This document shows, piece by piece, positions 20,282 to 30,289 of a stretch of 64,000 bases of DNA (positions within the stretch are counted from its first letter, which is position 1; each line of letters opens with the position of its first letter). The stretch lies in NCBI RefSeq assembly GCF_056746865.1, contig NZ_CM163382.1; one strand, given 5' to 3'. The position numbers and the translations under genes are program-made. Under the pieces are notes generated by a model. It worked only from the letters and a program-made list of their open reading frames with translations. It did no database searches and was not told where the DNA came from.

Positions 20282-20737
20282 ATGCTGGATATAATCCTGG
20301 CGACGAGAGATATTTATTTTGAAAAAGCCCTGCGAGAGGTATTTGGAACCGTAAGCAGTCGAATCAGATATATAGAAGATGCCATATCAGACAGAAGAAG
20401 GGTGCAGTCAGGCAGGTCATTCAGATATTATTTTGTATTCTGTGATGATGAGTATACAGATATTGTTCGTATTCTTTTTACCGGAGAGGCCTGCTGTATT
20501 CTGAATAAGTCGATGCTGAATCTGAGAGCGGCCGGAGGTGTGTTGACGCTGGAAGAGCGCAGAGCGGTACTGAACCGGTATTACAGAGGTTTAAGTATTG
20601 CGGAGATTACAGAAGAGACGGGGCAGAATGACAAGACGGTATACGGTCATCTTCGTCGTGCACTGCAGCGGTCTGGATTCCGGAAGGGGCGTTTTATAAA
20701 GGGGAGAGAAGCGGCGGGGGATTCAGGTGTTGAATAA
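20282..20737 (+). CDS. Orphan LuxR/GerE-type HTH regulator with atypical N-terminus
   Basis: C-terminal LTLEERRAVLNRYYRGLSIAEITEETGQNDKTVYGHLRRALQR resembles a LuxR-type HTH; RBS gaggt upstream. Confidence 0.5.
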   Translation: MLDIILATRDIYFEKALREVFGTVSSRIRYIEDAISDRRRVQSGRSFRYYFVFCDDEYTDIVRILFTGEACCILNKSMLNLRAAGGVLTLEERRAVLNRYYRGLSIAEITEETGQNDKTVYGHLRRALQRSGFRKGRFIKGREAAGDSGVE

Positions 20738-21011
20738 TGTATCTTATATTGTGATATCGGTGCTGCTGCTGTTATTTTTTGTTGTATTTGTGACGAATGG
20801 TTAAGAATAAAACATGAGTTGGTGATTATCAGGACAGGTTGCTTGTATATGAAGATAACAAAGGCGGCATTTATTTTTGCGCTGTCAGTGTGGAGTGTTG
20901 CTGTGATATGTCTTTTATTATTTGTACTGGTTGTTCTGGGATAGCCATAGTGAAATAAAAAGCTGTCTGAATTAAATTATTTTGAACACATATTTTAATT
21001 CTGCACTAAAT

Positions 21012-22329
21012 TCAGAATGACCCTGTAAATAATTCTGTGTAACTGCCGCCGTATTAAAGGTGCTCGCTAAGGCGGTCACCGAACTCGATAATAAAACGGC
21101 TCATTGCCAGCCGCCAGTTCTGGATTGGCATACTCCATTTTTTGACGCCGACTGTATCGCCAGATAAATCACTTTTCGCACCGAGTCGTCCGTTGGGAAC
21201 ACCTTGCGCTTCTTTATCGCCTGCCGAATGACACTGTTCAGCGATTCGATGGCATTCGTCGTGTAGATGGCCTTGCGGATATCCGGTGGGTAACCGAAGA
21301 AGGTGTTGAGATTTTCCCAGTGTGTGCGCCAGCTCTTGCTGATTTGCGGGTATTTTTCATCCCAGACGCCTGCAAACTTATCCAACGCCATCAACGCCGT
21401 TTCCTCTGTCGGGGCCTGATATACCGCTTTCAGCCCGCTGGTGACGGCTTTGTAATCCTTCCACGACACGAATTTCAGGCTGTTGCGCACCATATGGATG
21501 ATGCAGAGCTGAATATGCGTCTGCGGGTACACGCTATTTATCGCTTCCGGGAAGCCTTTCAGGCCGTCCACGAAGGCGATAAGGATATCGTTCAGGCCGC
21601 GATTTTTCAGTTCCGTCAGTACATTCAGCCAGAACTTTGCACCTTCATTTTCGGCCAGCCACATATCCAGCAGCTCTTTCTGACCGTCGGTATTGATGCC
21701 CAGCGCGAGGAACACCGCTTTGTTAATGACACTCCCGCTGTGACGAACCTTAACCACAATACAGTCAAGATAAACAATGGGATACAGTGCATCCAACGGT
21801 CGGTTTTGCCATTCAGAGACCTGTTCTTTAACCGCATCGGTCACTTTGGATATCAGCGTGGGCGAGACATCGGCGTCGTACATTTCTTTGAAGGCTGAGG
21901 TAATTTCGCGGGTAGTCATCCCTCTGGCATACAGCGCCAGGATCTGGTTGTCCATGCCGGTAATGCGGGTCTGATTTTTCTTCACCAGTTGTGGTTCGAA
22001 GGTATTTTCACGGTCACGCGGCGTGTTAAGTTCGATCTCGCCATCATCGCACAATACCGTTTTTGACGAGTAGCCATTACGGGTATTAGAGCCTGATTTA
22101 GGAGCATTTTTCTCATGACCTAGATGGTCAGTCAGTTCTGCATTGAGCGCCGTTTCGACGGTAAGCTTTGTCAACATGCGTGAAAACTGGTTGAGGTCGG
22201 CTTCGGTTTTAAGGCCTTTGGCCAGTTCAGCCGCAAGGACTTTAAGTTTCTTTTCGTCCATCGTTTGCCTGTCTCCGTTGTTGGAGTGAACATATCAAAA
22301 ACAGGCAATTACACAATTTTAATTACAGT
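21012..22329 (-). mobile_element. IS256-family insertion sequence with imperfect terminal IRs and 9-bp target duplication (ttcagaatg)
   Basis: IRs ACCCTGTAAATAATTCTGTGTAACTGCC (left) and reverse complement of GGCAATTACACAATTTTAATTACAGTCTC (right); flanks recreate a sequence found uninterrupted at 46537-46690. Confidence 0.65.
21047..22261 (-). pseudogene. IS256-family (mutator-type) transposase, frameshifted near its 3' end
   Basis: Protein is IS256-like throughout; the expected C-terminus (SKKWSMPIQNWRLAMSRFIIEFGDRL...) is readable in another frame after a poly-A tract at about 21140. Confidence 0.65.
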
Positions 22330-22469
22330 CTCTTCAGAATGGGTAATCAGTGACCGTCCTGACGGTCACTTTAAAGAAAATGCATATTACACAGAATGGT
22401 AAACAGGCTCAACATAGAGCTTGAAGGTAGTTGTTGCCTTGTAATAAAATGTGTGATTCATAGACATCG

Positions 22470-23058
22470 TTTCAATTTTCTCAGTTCAAGTTCAGGCTTG
22501 TAATTCTGTTCCTGTATATGCTCTTCATTGGGCTGATAGTTTGCATGAACGGCATCGGAGTATGGTGTTTTCTCAGCAAGTTCAAAGTAGCGTTCCATCG
22601 GAGTTTTACCGTTGTGAGCGCTATGAGGACGTTCCCTGTTATAGTAATGCTACCATTCTGCTAGCAATCCCTTCAGGTCATCAGCAGAAAGATCTACGGT
22701 AGCGTAAAACTCAGCTTTGTCTGTCTTTTGGGAACGTCCAACCTTTATTACATCAGGCGACAACTACCTTGAAAAACGCCGTTACTCACCGATCCCCTTC
22801 ACGGTAATACGCACTATTGCCAGTGAGATTGAATGAAGTCGTTTTAACTCGCTTTGAATACGTCTTGCACCCAGATTTCGCTGAGAACGTAACTTCCAGA
22901 ATCAGAGCGACTTCGCAAGTGCTGGTTTTCGTTGATGGTGAACGCTTGGAGCGACGGCTGTAGCTTTCCAGACCAGCGATGCCCTGAGCCAGATATCTGC
23001 GCCACCATTTACACAATGTGGGCCGAGAAGTGCCACAGTGACGGCATACAAATGTCAA
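22470..23058 (-). pseudogene. IS481/IS3-like transposase remnant (HTH fragment plus integrase-core C-terminus with in-frame TAG)
   Basis: N-terminal fragment CKWWRRYLAQGIAGLESYSRRSKRSP and C-terminal fragment HYYNRERPHSAHNGKTPMERY separated by stops. Confidence 0.4.
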
Positions 23059-23101
23059 CGACGGATGAAAAGTGGCTCTTACGCAACCTGGATGGAGATT
23101 T

Positions 23102-24119
23102 TCATGCCAGTGGACTCATGACCCTCTGCCTGAGTAGTTCAAATCCGGCTCGACCATACATCTGGCCTTTCAGCATTTTTAGTCGATTTACATGACTTTC
23201 GACAACCCCCATTATTCCAGCGACTGCTGATTGCCTCACATATAGCCGCAGCATCAGCTGCCATCCTTGCAGCCACGCGCCGAAGTTACCACTTTCTCGT
23301 TGCTCTTTTAACCACTCCCTCCATGGGGCCAGAAGTCCTCGCTCTGGAGGCCGGGTTGACATTTCAGGGAATGTTCCTGAACACACCCAGAGACTGACTG
23401 TCACACGTGATAAGCCTGTAATACGGGATATTTCCCCTGAACCCACATCCCTTGTTATGTAGTGCCATAACCTCTGTCCAACGCTGATGCCGTTTTTGGC
23501 GGGTTTGCTGTTTAAGGCGTTCCGGACGACGGAGCGATGCTACAGGCACAGACAGTACTGGCTTAGGTGATTTCTTTGGTGACAACCCACTGGCAACAAG
23601 ACGTATCAGAGGCATCTGTCTGTACATCATTCGTTCAGGCGCATCGCCAATATTTTTTAGCAGGTGCCATCGATCAGCTATCTGTCTGGCCTGAGGTGCA
23701 CCTTCACGTGCTGCTGTCGCATAGACTCCGCCACGGTCACGTGAGACAACCTGTATTTCCGGATATTTTCTGAACCAGGTCGCCAGCGTACTCTGATCGC
23801 AACCGGGAAGCAGGACGAGGGGACGGTGAGTATCAAGATTGACGATTAACGTGCCGTAATGGTGGCCCCGATGCCACGCCCACTCATCAATACCGACATG
23901 AGGCGCGCCCGACTGTTTCGTCTCCGGGGTATTAATAACCCTGCGAAGAAGAGTATCAGCACTGCAACGTAGCCCCACTGCCGTTGCTGCCTGTTTCCCG
24001 GCCTCACCTCCGGCTATTAATCCCGGTTGACGTTGTAAATTTTGTAACGCCTGTGAATACTGCTGATGTGAACTGTGAAGGGAGGCTGAGACTCGGCAAA
24101 ATTTTTCGTTAACAGGCAA
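23102..24119 (-). pseudogene. DDE transposase remnant, ISL3-like, in two overlapping frames
   Basis: Motifs DRWHLLKNIGDA and VNRLKMLKGQMYGRAGFELLRQRV; frameshift between ORFs 23102-23446 and 23364-24119. Confidence 0.45.
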
Positions 24120-24545
24120 GGGTTATGGCAGCACCAGAGTAAGATGCGTCTGGGCTGAGCAGGGTAAGTGCTGTATCTGGAGGCGATGGCATCTATGAAC
24201 TGAGTAGCTGTGCTTAAGGTATTCAACACATAGTGCTGTTTTGCATTTTCCGGGGAGATGGAGGGTTATATACCGTCAGAGCTAATAACTTCTTGACCGT
24301 ATTGCCATCAGCAAAGTAACCGTAGAAATCTCTTAAGTGAGTGTATTAAGTTACCCATAACTTAAAACGGCTTCACTGGTAAGCCTCATACATTTTCTTT
24401 CACTCAAGTTGTGGAAGCCCTCTTTCGTCGAACCGTTCGTTATAAATGCAAAAGATGTATGCTGACCCTCTCAAAGCCGAAATCATACAGAGTTTATGGA
24501 AAAGTGGTGAACCAGTCGCGTCGAAAGTAGATTGAGCTCATATCA

Positions 24546-25739
24546 TTACTTGCTTTTGCAGCAGCGCCAGATAAATACAGTCACCATGCTAAATAATACA
24601 GCGGCAAATAATGCCATCACAATCAGTGCTATTGCGACACCTGTTTTCGACACCAATGGTACCAACAACGCGCAAAGCCCATAGCCAAGTGTGTGACTGC
24701 AAGCGAGCCAGCCCGCGCCTGCGCCGTCGGCCAGCTTATCATTCAGTAAAAGTTGATAAGCGGGGGTTGCCAGAGCAGCTCCAAATGACAGCACTGCACA
24801 GCCTAGGTAAAACAACCATAGCTGTTCAGCGAGCATGATAGCCAGACCACTACTCATCAACACCCCGGCACTCAGGAGCAGAGCCACTGGAGTCAGGCGC
24901 TGTGGACGGAGTACCACGAACTGCGCGATAAGCGCAGCTATTGCGGACAGCCCCAACAACCACGCTACCTGTTGGCTAATAGTGGTGGTATCAGTGGCGA
25001 ACTGGCGAGTAAGGGCTGGAGAAAGTCCAAGCTGCATCATGCTCATTGCCGCAGCCAGTAACATTGCGCAAAGCAGATAAGGCAGGAAATCCCGCTTCAG
25101 GCTGACGCTCTTGCGCTCCGGTGTGGGCTGTGGTGGTGTGCCGGGCAACCGCAGAAGCATCACCAGTGCCAGCGCTGGCGCTGCCATCAGCATCCACACT
25201 GGCGCCAGAGGGTGAATGACCAACATTGCCGCCGCGCACAGCGGCCCGAATAGCCTGCCGCAGCTCAGGCCGGAGCTGATGGTTGCCAGAGCGGCCATGC
25301 GATTCCCATCTCCCGCTCTCTGCAATGCCCAGACCTGACAGGCTGGCACCATTGCTGACACGGTCAGACCGTAGACGATCCGGGCGATGATTAATATTCC
25401 CAACCCCACCGCTTTTGTTACGGCACCGGTAGCCATCAGCACGCTTCCCAGCCCAAGCAGGGTAAAGCTTACGCCATATCCTCCCAGAGCCCACAGCACC
25501 ACAGTCTTACTGCCAGTAAGGGAAATTTGCTTTCCCCACCATGGGGAAGATGGCAGAAACAGCATTGAGCCCAGCATCAGCAGGGCAGCCCATACAGACA
25601 GACTCAGATTTGTCTGTATGACCAGAACAGGGAGTACAACCAGCAGACCGTTCTGTCCGATACCGAGAAGACCGGCACTGAACGCCAGTGGCCAGCAGGA
25701 CAGGGTTTTTTGGGGCGTATCTTCGATCTTAGATGACAT
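24546..25739 (-). CDS. shiF: MFS transporter ShiF (aerobactin-locus associated)
   Basis: 397-aa multi-TM ORF divergently placed upstream of iucA, as in known aerobactin loci. Confidence 0.8.
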   Translation of the reverse strand: MSSKIEDTPQKTLSCWPLAFSAGLLGIGQNGLLVVLPVLVIQTNLSLSVWAALLMLGSMLFLPSSPWWGKQISLTGSKTVVLWALGGYGVSFTLLGLGSVLMATGAVTKAVGLGILIIARIVYGLTVSAMVPACQVWALQRAGDGNRMAALATISSGLSCGRLFGPLCAAAMLVIHPLAPVWMLMAAPALALVMLLRLPGTPPQPTPERKSVSLKRDFLPYLLCAMLLAAAMSMMQLGLSPALTRQFATDTTTISQQVAWLLGLSAIAALIAQFVVLRPQRLTPVALLLSAGVLMSSGLAIMLAEQLWLFYLGCAVLSFGAALATPAYQLLLNDKLADGAGAGWLACSHTLGYGLCALLVPLVSKTGVAIALIVMALFAAVLFSMVTVFIWRCCKSK

Positions 25740-25813
25740 TGTAATGTTTCAACACCATGTATTAATTGTGTTTATTTGTAAAATTAATTTTTCTGACAAT
25801 AACATTTCTCATT

Positions 25814-25832
25814 GATAATGATAATCATTATT
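25814..25832 (+). promoter_or_regulatory. Fur box in the iucA promoter
   Basis: GATAATGATAATCATTATT matches the Fur consensus GATAATGATAATCATTATC at 18 of 19 positions, about 40 bp upstream of iucA. Confidence 0.85.
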
Positions 25833-25874
25833 GACATAATTGTTATTATTTTACTGTGTAGGAGCTGTTTGATT

Positions 25875-27599
25875 ATGATCCTGCCCTCTGAAAAATCCGC
25901 CACAGATGTGGCTGCGCAGTGCTTCCTGAATGCCTTGATTCGTGAAACCAAAGACTGGCAACTGGCGGAATACCCGCCAGACGAATTGATTATCCCGCTG
26001 GACGAACAGAAGTCGCTCCATTTCAGAGTGGCTTATTTCTCCCCAACCCAGCATCACTGCTTTGCATTTCCTGCTCATCTGGTCACGGCATCAGGCAGTT
26101 ATCCTGTCGATTTTACCACTCTCTCCCGGCTTATTATTGACAAGCTCCGGCATCAACTTTTTCTGCCAGTTCCCCTCTGCGAAACTTTCCACCAACGCGT
26201 GCTGGAAAGCTACGCCCATACGCAACAGACAATTGATGCCCGCCATGACTGGGCCATCCTGCGTGAGAAAGCGTTGAATTTTGGCGAGGCTGAGCAGGCA
26301 CTGCTGACAGGACACGCTTTCCACCCTGCACCTAAGTCTCATGAACCGTTTAACCGCCAGGAAGCTGAACGATACCTGCCTGACATGGCACCTCACTTCC
26401 CGCTGCGGTGGTTTTCGGTGGATAAAACGCAAATCGCTGGTGAAAGTCTGCATCTTAACCTTCAACAGCGGTTGACGCGATTTGCCGCAGAAAATGCGCC
26501 CCAGTTACTCAACGAATTAAGTGACAATCAATGGCTGTTCCCGCTGCACCCGTGGCAGGGAGAATATCTTTTGCAGCAGGTGTGGTGCCAGGCACTTTTT
26601 GCTAAAGGACTTATCAGAGACTTAGGCGAGGCCGGCACGTCGTGGCTGCCGACCACCTCTTCCCGCTCCCTCTACTGTGCTACCAGCCGCGATATGATCA
26701 AGTTCTCCCTGAGCGTTCGGCTGACCAACTCCGTCCGTACTCTGTCTGTGAAAGAGGTGGAGCGAGGAATGCGCCTGGCACGTCTGGCGCAAACCGACGG
26801 CTGGCAGATGCTACAGGCCCGCTTCCCTACTTTCCGGGTAATGCAGGAGGACGGCTGGGCCGGGCTGCGCGATCTTAACGGCAACATCATGCAGGAAAGT
26901 TTGTTTTCCCTGCGTGAAAACCTGCTGCTGGAGCAGCCGCAAAGCCAGACCAACGTTCTGGTTTCCCTGACTCAGGCCGCACCGGATGGCGGTGATTCGC
27001 TGCTGGTTTCGGCGGTAAAACGCCTGAGCGATCGCCTCGGTATCACTGTGCAACAGGCCGCCCACGCATGGGTCGATGCTTACTGTCAGCAGGTGCTGAA
27101 GCCTCTGTTTACGGCTGAAGCGGATTACGGCCTGGTGCTGCTGGCGCATCAGCAAAATATTCTTGTGCAGATGCTTGGGGATCTGCCGGTCGGATTTATT
27201 TACCGTGACTGCCAGGGCAGCGCGTTTATGCCTCACGCGACAGAGTGGCTCGATACCATTGACGAGGCGCAGGCGGAAAATATTTTCACCCGTGAGCAGT
27301 TGCTGCGCTATTTCCCTTATTACCTGCTGGTTAACTCCACTTTTGCCGTAACTGCTGCGCTGGGTGCTGCCGGGCTGGACAGCGAAGCGAATCTGATGGC
27401 TCGTGTACGAACATTGCTGGCTGAAGTGCGTGACCAGGTGACTCATAAAACCTGTCTCAACTATGTTCTGGAAAGTCCGTACTGGAACGTAAAAGGTAAC
27501 TTTTTCTGTTATCTGAACGATCATAACGAGAACACCATCGTTGACCCTTCGGTGATCTATTTTGATTTCGCTAACCCGCTGCAGGCTCAGGAGGTCTGA
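25875..27599 (+). CDS. iucA: Aerobactin synthetase IucA
   Basis: IucA/IucC-family protein; start at ATG 25875 with RBS ggag (the upstream in-frame extension is AT-rich leader). Confidence 0.9.
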   Translation: MILPSEKSATDVAAQCFLNALIRETKDWQLAEYPPDELIIPLDEQKSLHFRVAYFSPTQHHCFAFPAHLVTASGSYPVDFTTLSRLIIDKLRHQLFLPVPLCETFHQRVLESYAHTQQTIDARHDWAILREKALNFGEAEQALLTGHAFHPAPKSHEPFNRQEAERYLPDMAPHFPLRWFSVDKTQIAGESLHLNLQQRLTRFAAENAPQLLNELSDNQWLFPLHPWQGEYLLQQVWCQALFAKGLIRDLGEAGTSWLPTTSSRSLYCATSRDMIKFSLSVRLTNSVRTLSVKEVERGMRLARLAQTDGWQMLQARFPTFRVMQEDGWAGLRDLNGNIMQESLFSLRENLLLEQPQSQTNVLVSLTQAAPDGGDSLLVSAVKRLSDRLGITVQQAAHAWVDAYCQQVLKPLFTAEADYGLVLLAHQQNILVQMLGDLPVGFIYRDCQGSAFMPHATEWLDTIDEAQAENIFTREQLLRYFPYYLLVNSTFAVTAALGAAGLDSEANLMARVRTLLAEVRDQVTHKTCLNYVLESPYWNVKGNFFCYLNDHNENTIVDPSVIYFDFANPLQAQEV

Positions 27600-28547
27600 A
27601 TGTCTGGGGCAAACATTGTTCACAGCGGATATGGACTGCGCTGTGAAAAACTCGACAAGCCTCTGAATCTTGGCTGGGGGCTGGACAATAGCGCGGTGTT
27701 GCACTGGCCCGGGGAGCTGCCAACAGGATGGCTGTGCGACGCGCTGGATCAGATATTTATCGCCGCACCACAACTTTCAGCAGTGGTTCTTCCCTGGTCC
27801 GAATGGTGTGAGGAGCCACAGGCGCTGACGCTTTTCGGACAGGTACAAAGCGACATTATCCATCGTTCCGCTTTCTGGCAGTTACCGTTATGGCTGAGTT
27901 CTCCGGCAAACCGGGCCTCCGGTGAAATGGTTTTTGATGCAGAGCGTGAGATTTATTTCCCGCAGCGCCCCCCCCGTCCGCAGGGTGAAGTTTATCGTCG
28001 TTACGATCCACGCATTCGCAGGATGCTGAGTTTCCGCATTGCCGATCCCGTTTCTGATGCAGAACGTTTCACTCGCTGGATGAACGATCCGCGCGTTGAG
28101 TATTTCTGGGAGCAAAGTGGCTCACTGGAGGTACAGATCGCCTATCTGGAACGCCAGCTCACCAGTAAACATGCATTCCCGCTGATTGGTTGTTTCGACG
28201 ATCGGCCGTTCAGTTATTTCGAAATCTACTGGGCGGCGGAAGACCGCATTGGTCGCCACTATTCGTGGCAGCCCTTTGACCGTGGCCTGCATCTGCTGGT
28301 TGGTGAACAGCAATGGCGCGGAGCCCACTATGTGCAAAGCTGGCTGCGCGGGGTGACACATTACCTGCTGCTGAATGAGCCACGTACGCAGCGCACAGTA
28401 CTGGAGCCACGCACCGATAACCAGCGCCTGTTCCGCCATCTTGAGCCTGCGGGATACCGGACAATTAAAGAGTTCGACTTCCCACATAAACGCTCGCGCA
28501 TGGTGATGGCGGATCGTCATCACTTCTTCACGGAGGTCGGTCTGTAA
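27600..28547 (+). CDS. iucB: N6-hydroxylysine acetyltransferase IucB
   Basis: 315-aa ORF in canonical operon position. Confidence 0.9.
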   Translation: MSGANIVHSGYGLRCEKLDKPLNLGWGLDNSAVLHWPGELPTGWLCDALDQIFIAAPQLSAVVLPWSEWCEEPQALTLFGQVQSDIIHRSAFWQLPLWLSSPANRASGEMVFDAEREIYFPQRPPRPQGEVYRRYDPRIRRMLSFRIADPVSDAERFTRWMNDPRVEYFWEQSGSLEVQIAYLERQLTSKHAFPLIGCFDDRPFSYFEIYWAAEDRIGRHYSWQPFDRGLHLLVGEQQWRGAHYVQSWLRGVTHYLLLNEPRTQRTVLEPRTDNQRLFRHLEPAGYRTIKEFDFPHKRSRMVMADRHHFFTEVGL

Positions 28548-30289
28548 TGAATCACAAAGACTGGGATTTGGTCAACCGCCGCTTGGTGGCAAAAATGTTG
28601 TCTGAGCTGGAGTATGAGCAGGTTTTCCACGCGGAATCTCAGGGCGATGACCGCTACTGCATTAACCTGCCGGGAGCACAATGGCGCTTCATCGCTGAAC
28701 GTGGTATCTGGGGCTGGCTCTGGATTGATGCTCAAACTCTGCGCTGCGCGGACGAGCCAGTACTGGCTCAGACGCTGCTGATGCAGCTAAAGCAGGTACT
28801 GTCAATGAGCGATGCAACCGTTGCTGAGCATATGCAGGATTTGTATTCCACGCTGCTGGGCGACCTGCAACTGCTGAAAGCCCGTCGCGGGCTGAGCGCC
28901 AGTGACCTGATTAATCTTAGTGCCGACCGCCTGCAATGCCTGCTGAGCGGTCATCCTAAATTCGTTTTTAATAAAGGTCGCCGTGGCTGGGGTAAAGAGG
29001 CGCTGGAACGATATGCGCCAGAGTATGCCAACACCTTTAGACTGCACTGGCTGGCGGTAAAACGTGAACATATGATCTGGCGCTGTGATAACGAGATGGA
29101 TATTCATCAGTTGTTGACGGCCGCAATGGATCCGCAGGAGTTTGCCCGCTTCAGTCAGGTCTGGCAGGAAAACGGACTGGATCATAACTGGCTGCCGCTG
29201 CCTGTACATCCGTGGCAGTGGCAGCAAAAAATCGCCACCGACTTCATCGCTGATTTTGCCGAAGGCAGGATGGTGTCTCTCGGCGAGTTTGGCGACCAGT
29301 GGCTCGCCCAGCAGTCGCTGCGTACCCTGACCAACGCCAGTCGCCGGGGTGGGCTGGATATCAAGCTGCCGCTGACCATCTACAACACCTCATGCTACCG
29401 GGGGATTCCTGGCAGATACATCGCTGCCGGACCACTGGCTTCACGCTGGCTACAACAGGTTTTTGCGACCGACGCTACCCTGGTGCAAAGCGGTGCAGTG
29501 ATCCTTGGTGAACCGGCTGCAGGCTATGTCTCCCATGAAGGCTATGCCGCGCTTGCCCGGGCTCCCTATCGCTACCAGGAAATGCTTGGTGTTATCTGGC
29601 GGGAGAATCCGTGCCGCTGGCTGAAACCGGATGAAAGTCCGGTTCTGATGGCAACACTGATGGAGTGCGACGAAAACGATCAGCCGCTGGCAGGCGCATA
29701 TATAGACCGCTCCGGGCTGGACGCTGAAACCTGGCTTACGCAACTGTTCCGGGTGGTCGTGGTTCCTCTGTATCACCTGCTTTGCCGCTACGGTGTCGCG
29801 CTTATTGCACATGGACAAAATATAACGCTCGCCATGAAAAAGGGGGTTCCACAGCGTGTTCTGCTGAAAGACTTCCAGGGCGATATGCGGCTGGTGAAAG
29901 AAGAGTTCCCCGAAATGGACTCTTTGCCTCAGGAGGTTCGTGATGTTACATCCCGCCTGAGTGCGGACTACTTAATCCATGATTTGCAGACGGGTCACTT
30001 CGTGACAGTACTGCGTTTTATTTCGCCACTGATGGTTCGTCTTGGCGTACCTGAACGGCGATTTTATCAACTGCTGGCAGCAGTGTTGAGTGATTACATG
30101 AAAAAACATCCACAAATGTCAGAGCGTTTTGCGCTTTTCTCACTTTTCAGGCCACAAATCATTCGCGTGGTGCTGAACCCGGTAAAACTGACCTGGCCTG
30201 ATCTGGATGGCGGCAGCCGCATGCTGCCGAATTACCTTGAGGATCTGCAAAATCCGCTGTGGCTGGTAACTCAGGAATATGAATCATGA
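28547..30289 (+). CDS. iucC: Aerobactin synthetase IucC
   Basis: 580-aa IucA/IucC-family ORF; overlapping start/stop with neighbours. Confidence 0.9.
   Translation: MNHKDWDLVNRRLVAKMLSELEYEQVFHAESQGDDRYCINLPGAQWRFIAERGIWGWLWIDAQTLRCADEPVLAQTLLMQLKQVLSMSDATVAEHMQDLYSTLLGDLQLLKARRGLSASDLINLSADRLQCLLSGHPKFVFNKGRRGWGKEALERYAPEYANTFRLHWLAVKREHMIWRCDNEMDIHQLLTAAMDPQEFARFSQVWQENGLDHNWLPLPVHPWQWQQKIATDFIADFAEGRMVSLGEFGDQWLAQQSLRTLTNASRRGGLDIKLPLTIYNTSCYRGIPGRYIAAGPLASRWLQQVFATDATLVQSGAVILGEPAAGYVSHEGYAALARAPYRYQEMLGVIWRENPCRWLKPDESPVLMATLMECDENDQPLAGAYIDRSGLDAETWLTQLFRVVVVPLYHLLCRYGVALIAHGQNITLAMKKGVPQRVLLKDFQGDMRLVKEEFPEMDSLPQEVRDVTSRLSADYLIHDLQTGHFVTVLRFISPLMVRLGVPERRFYQLLAAVLSDYMKKHPQMSERFALFSLFRPQIIRVVLNPVKLTWPDLDGGSRMLPNYLEDLQNPLWLVTQEYES

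Noticed and set aside
20849-20944. 31-aa hydrophobic ORF (MKITKAAFIFALSVWSVAVICLLLFVLVVLG) after the LuxR-like gene, considered as a small membrane toxin or leader peptide
   Set aside because: Weak RBS, and its 3' end lies within the sequence repeated at 46537 where no equivalent ORF exists; likely chance.
21047-22261. Possibility that the IS256-family element is IS1414 carrying an embedded astA (EAST1) toxin gene
   Set aside because: No small ORF with an EAST1-like cysteine-rich peptide was found in the alternative frames I read; cannot be confirmed without a database comparison.
26811-27773. 320-aa antisense ORF inside iucA, and similar long antisense ORFs (3991-4914, 5005-5844, 31975-32526, 36658-37254)
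   Set aside because: These are shadow ORFs on the opposite strand of well-supported genes, typical of GC-rich coding DNA.
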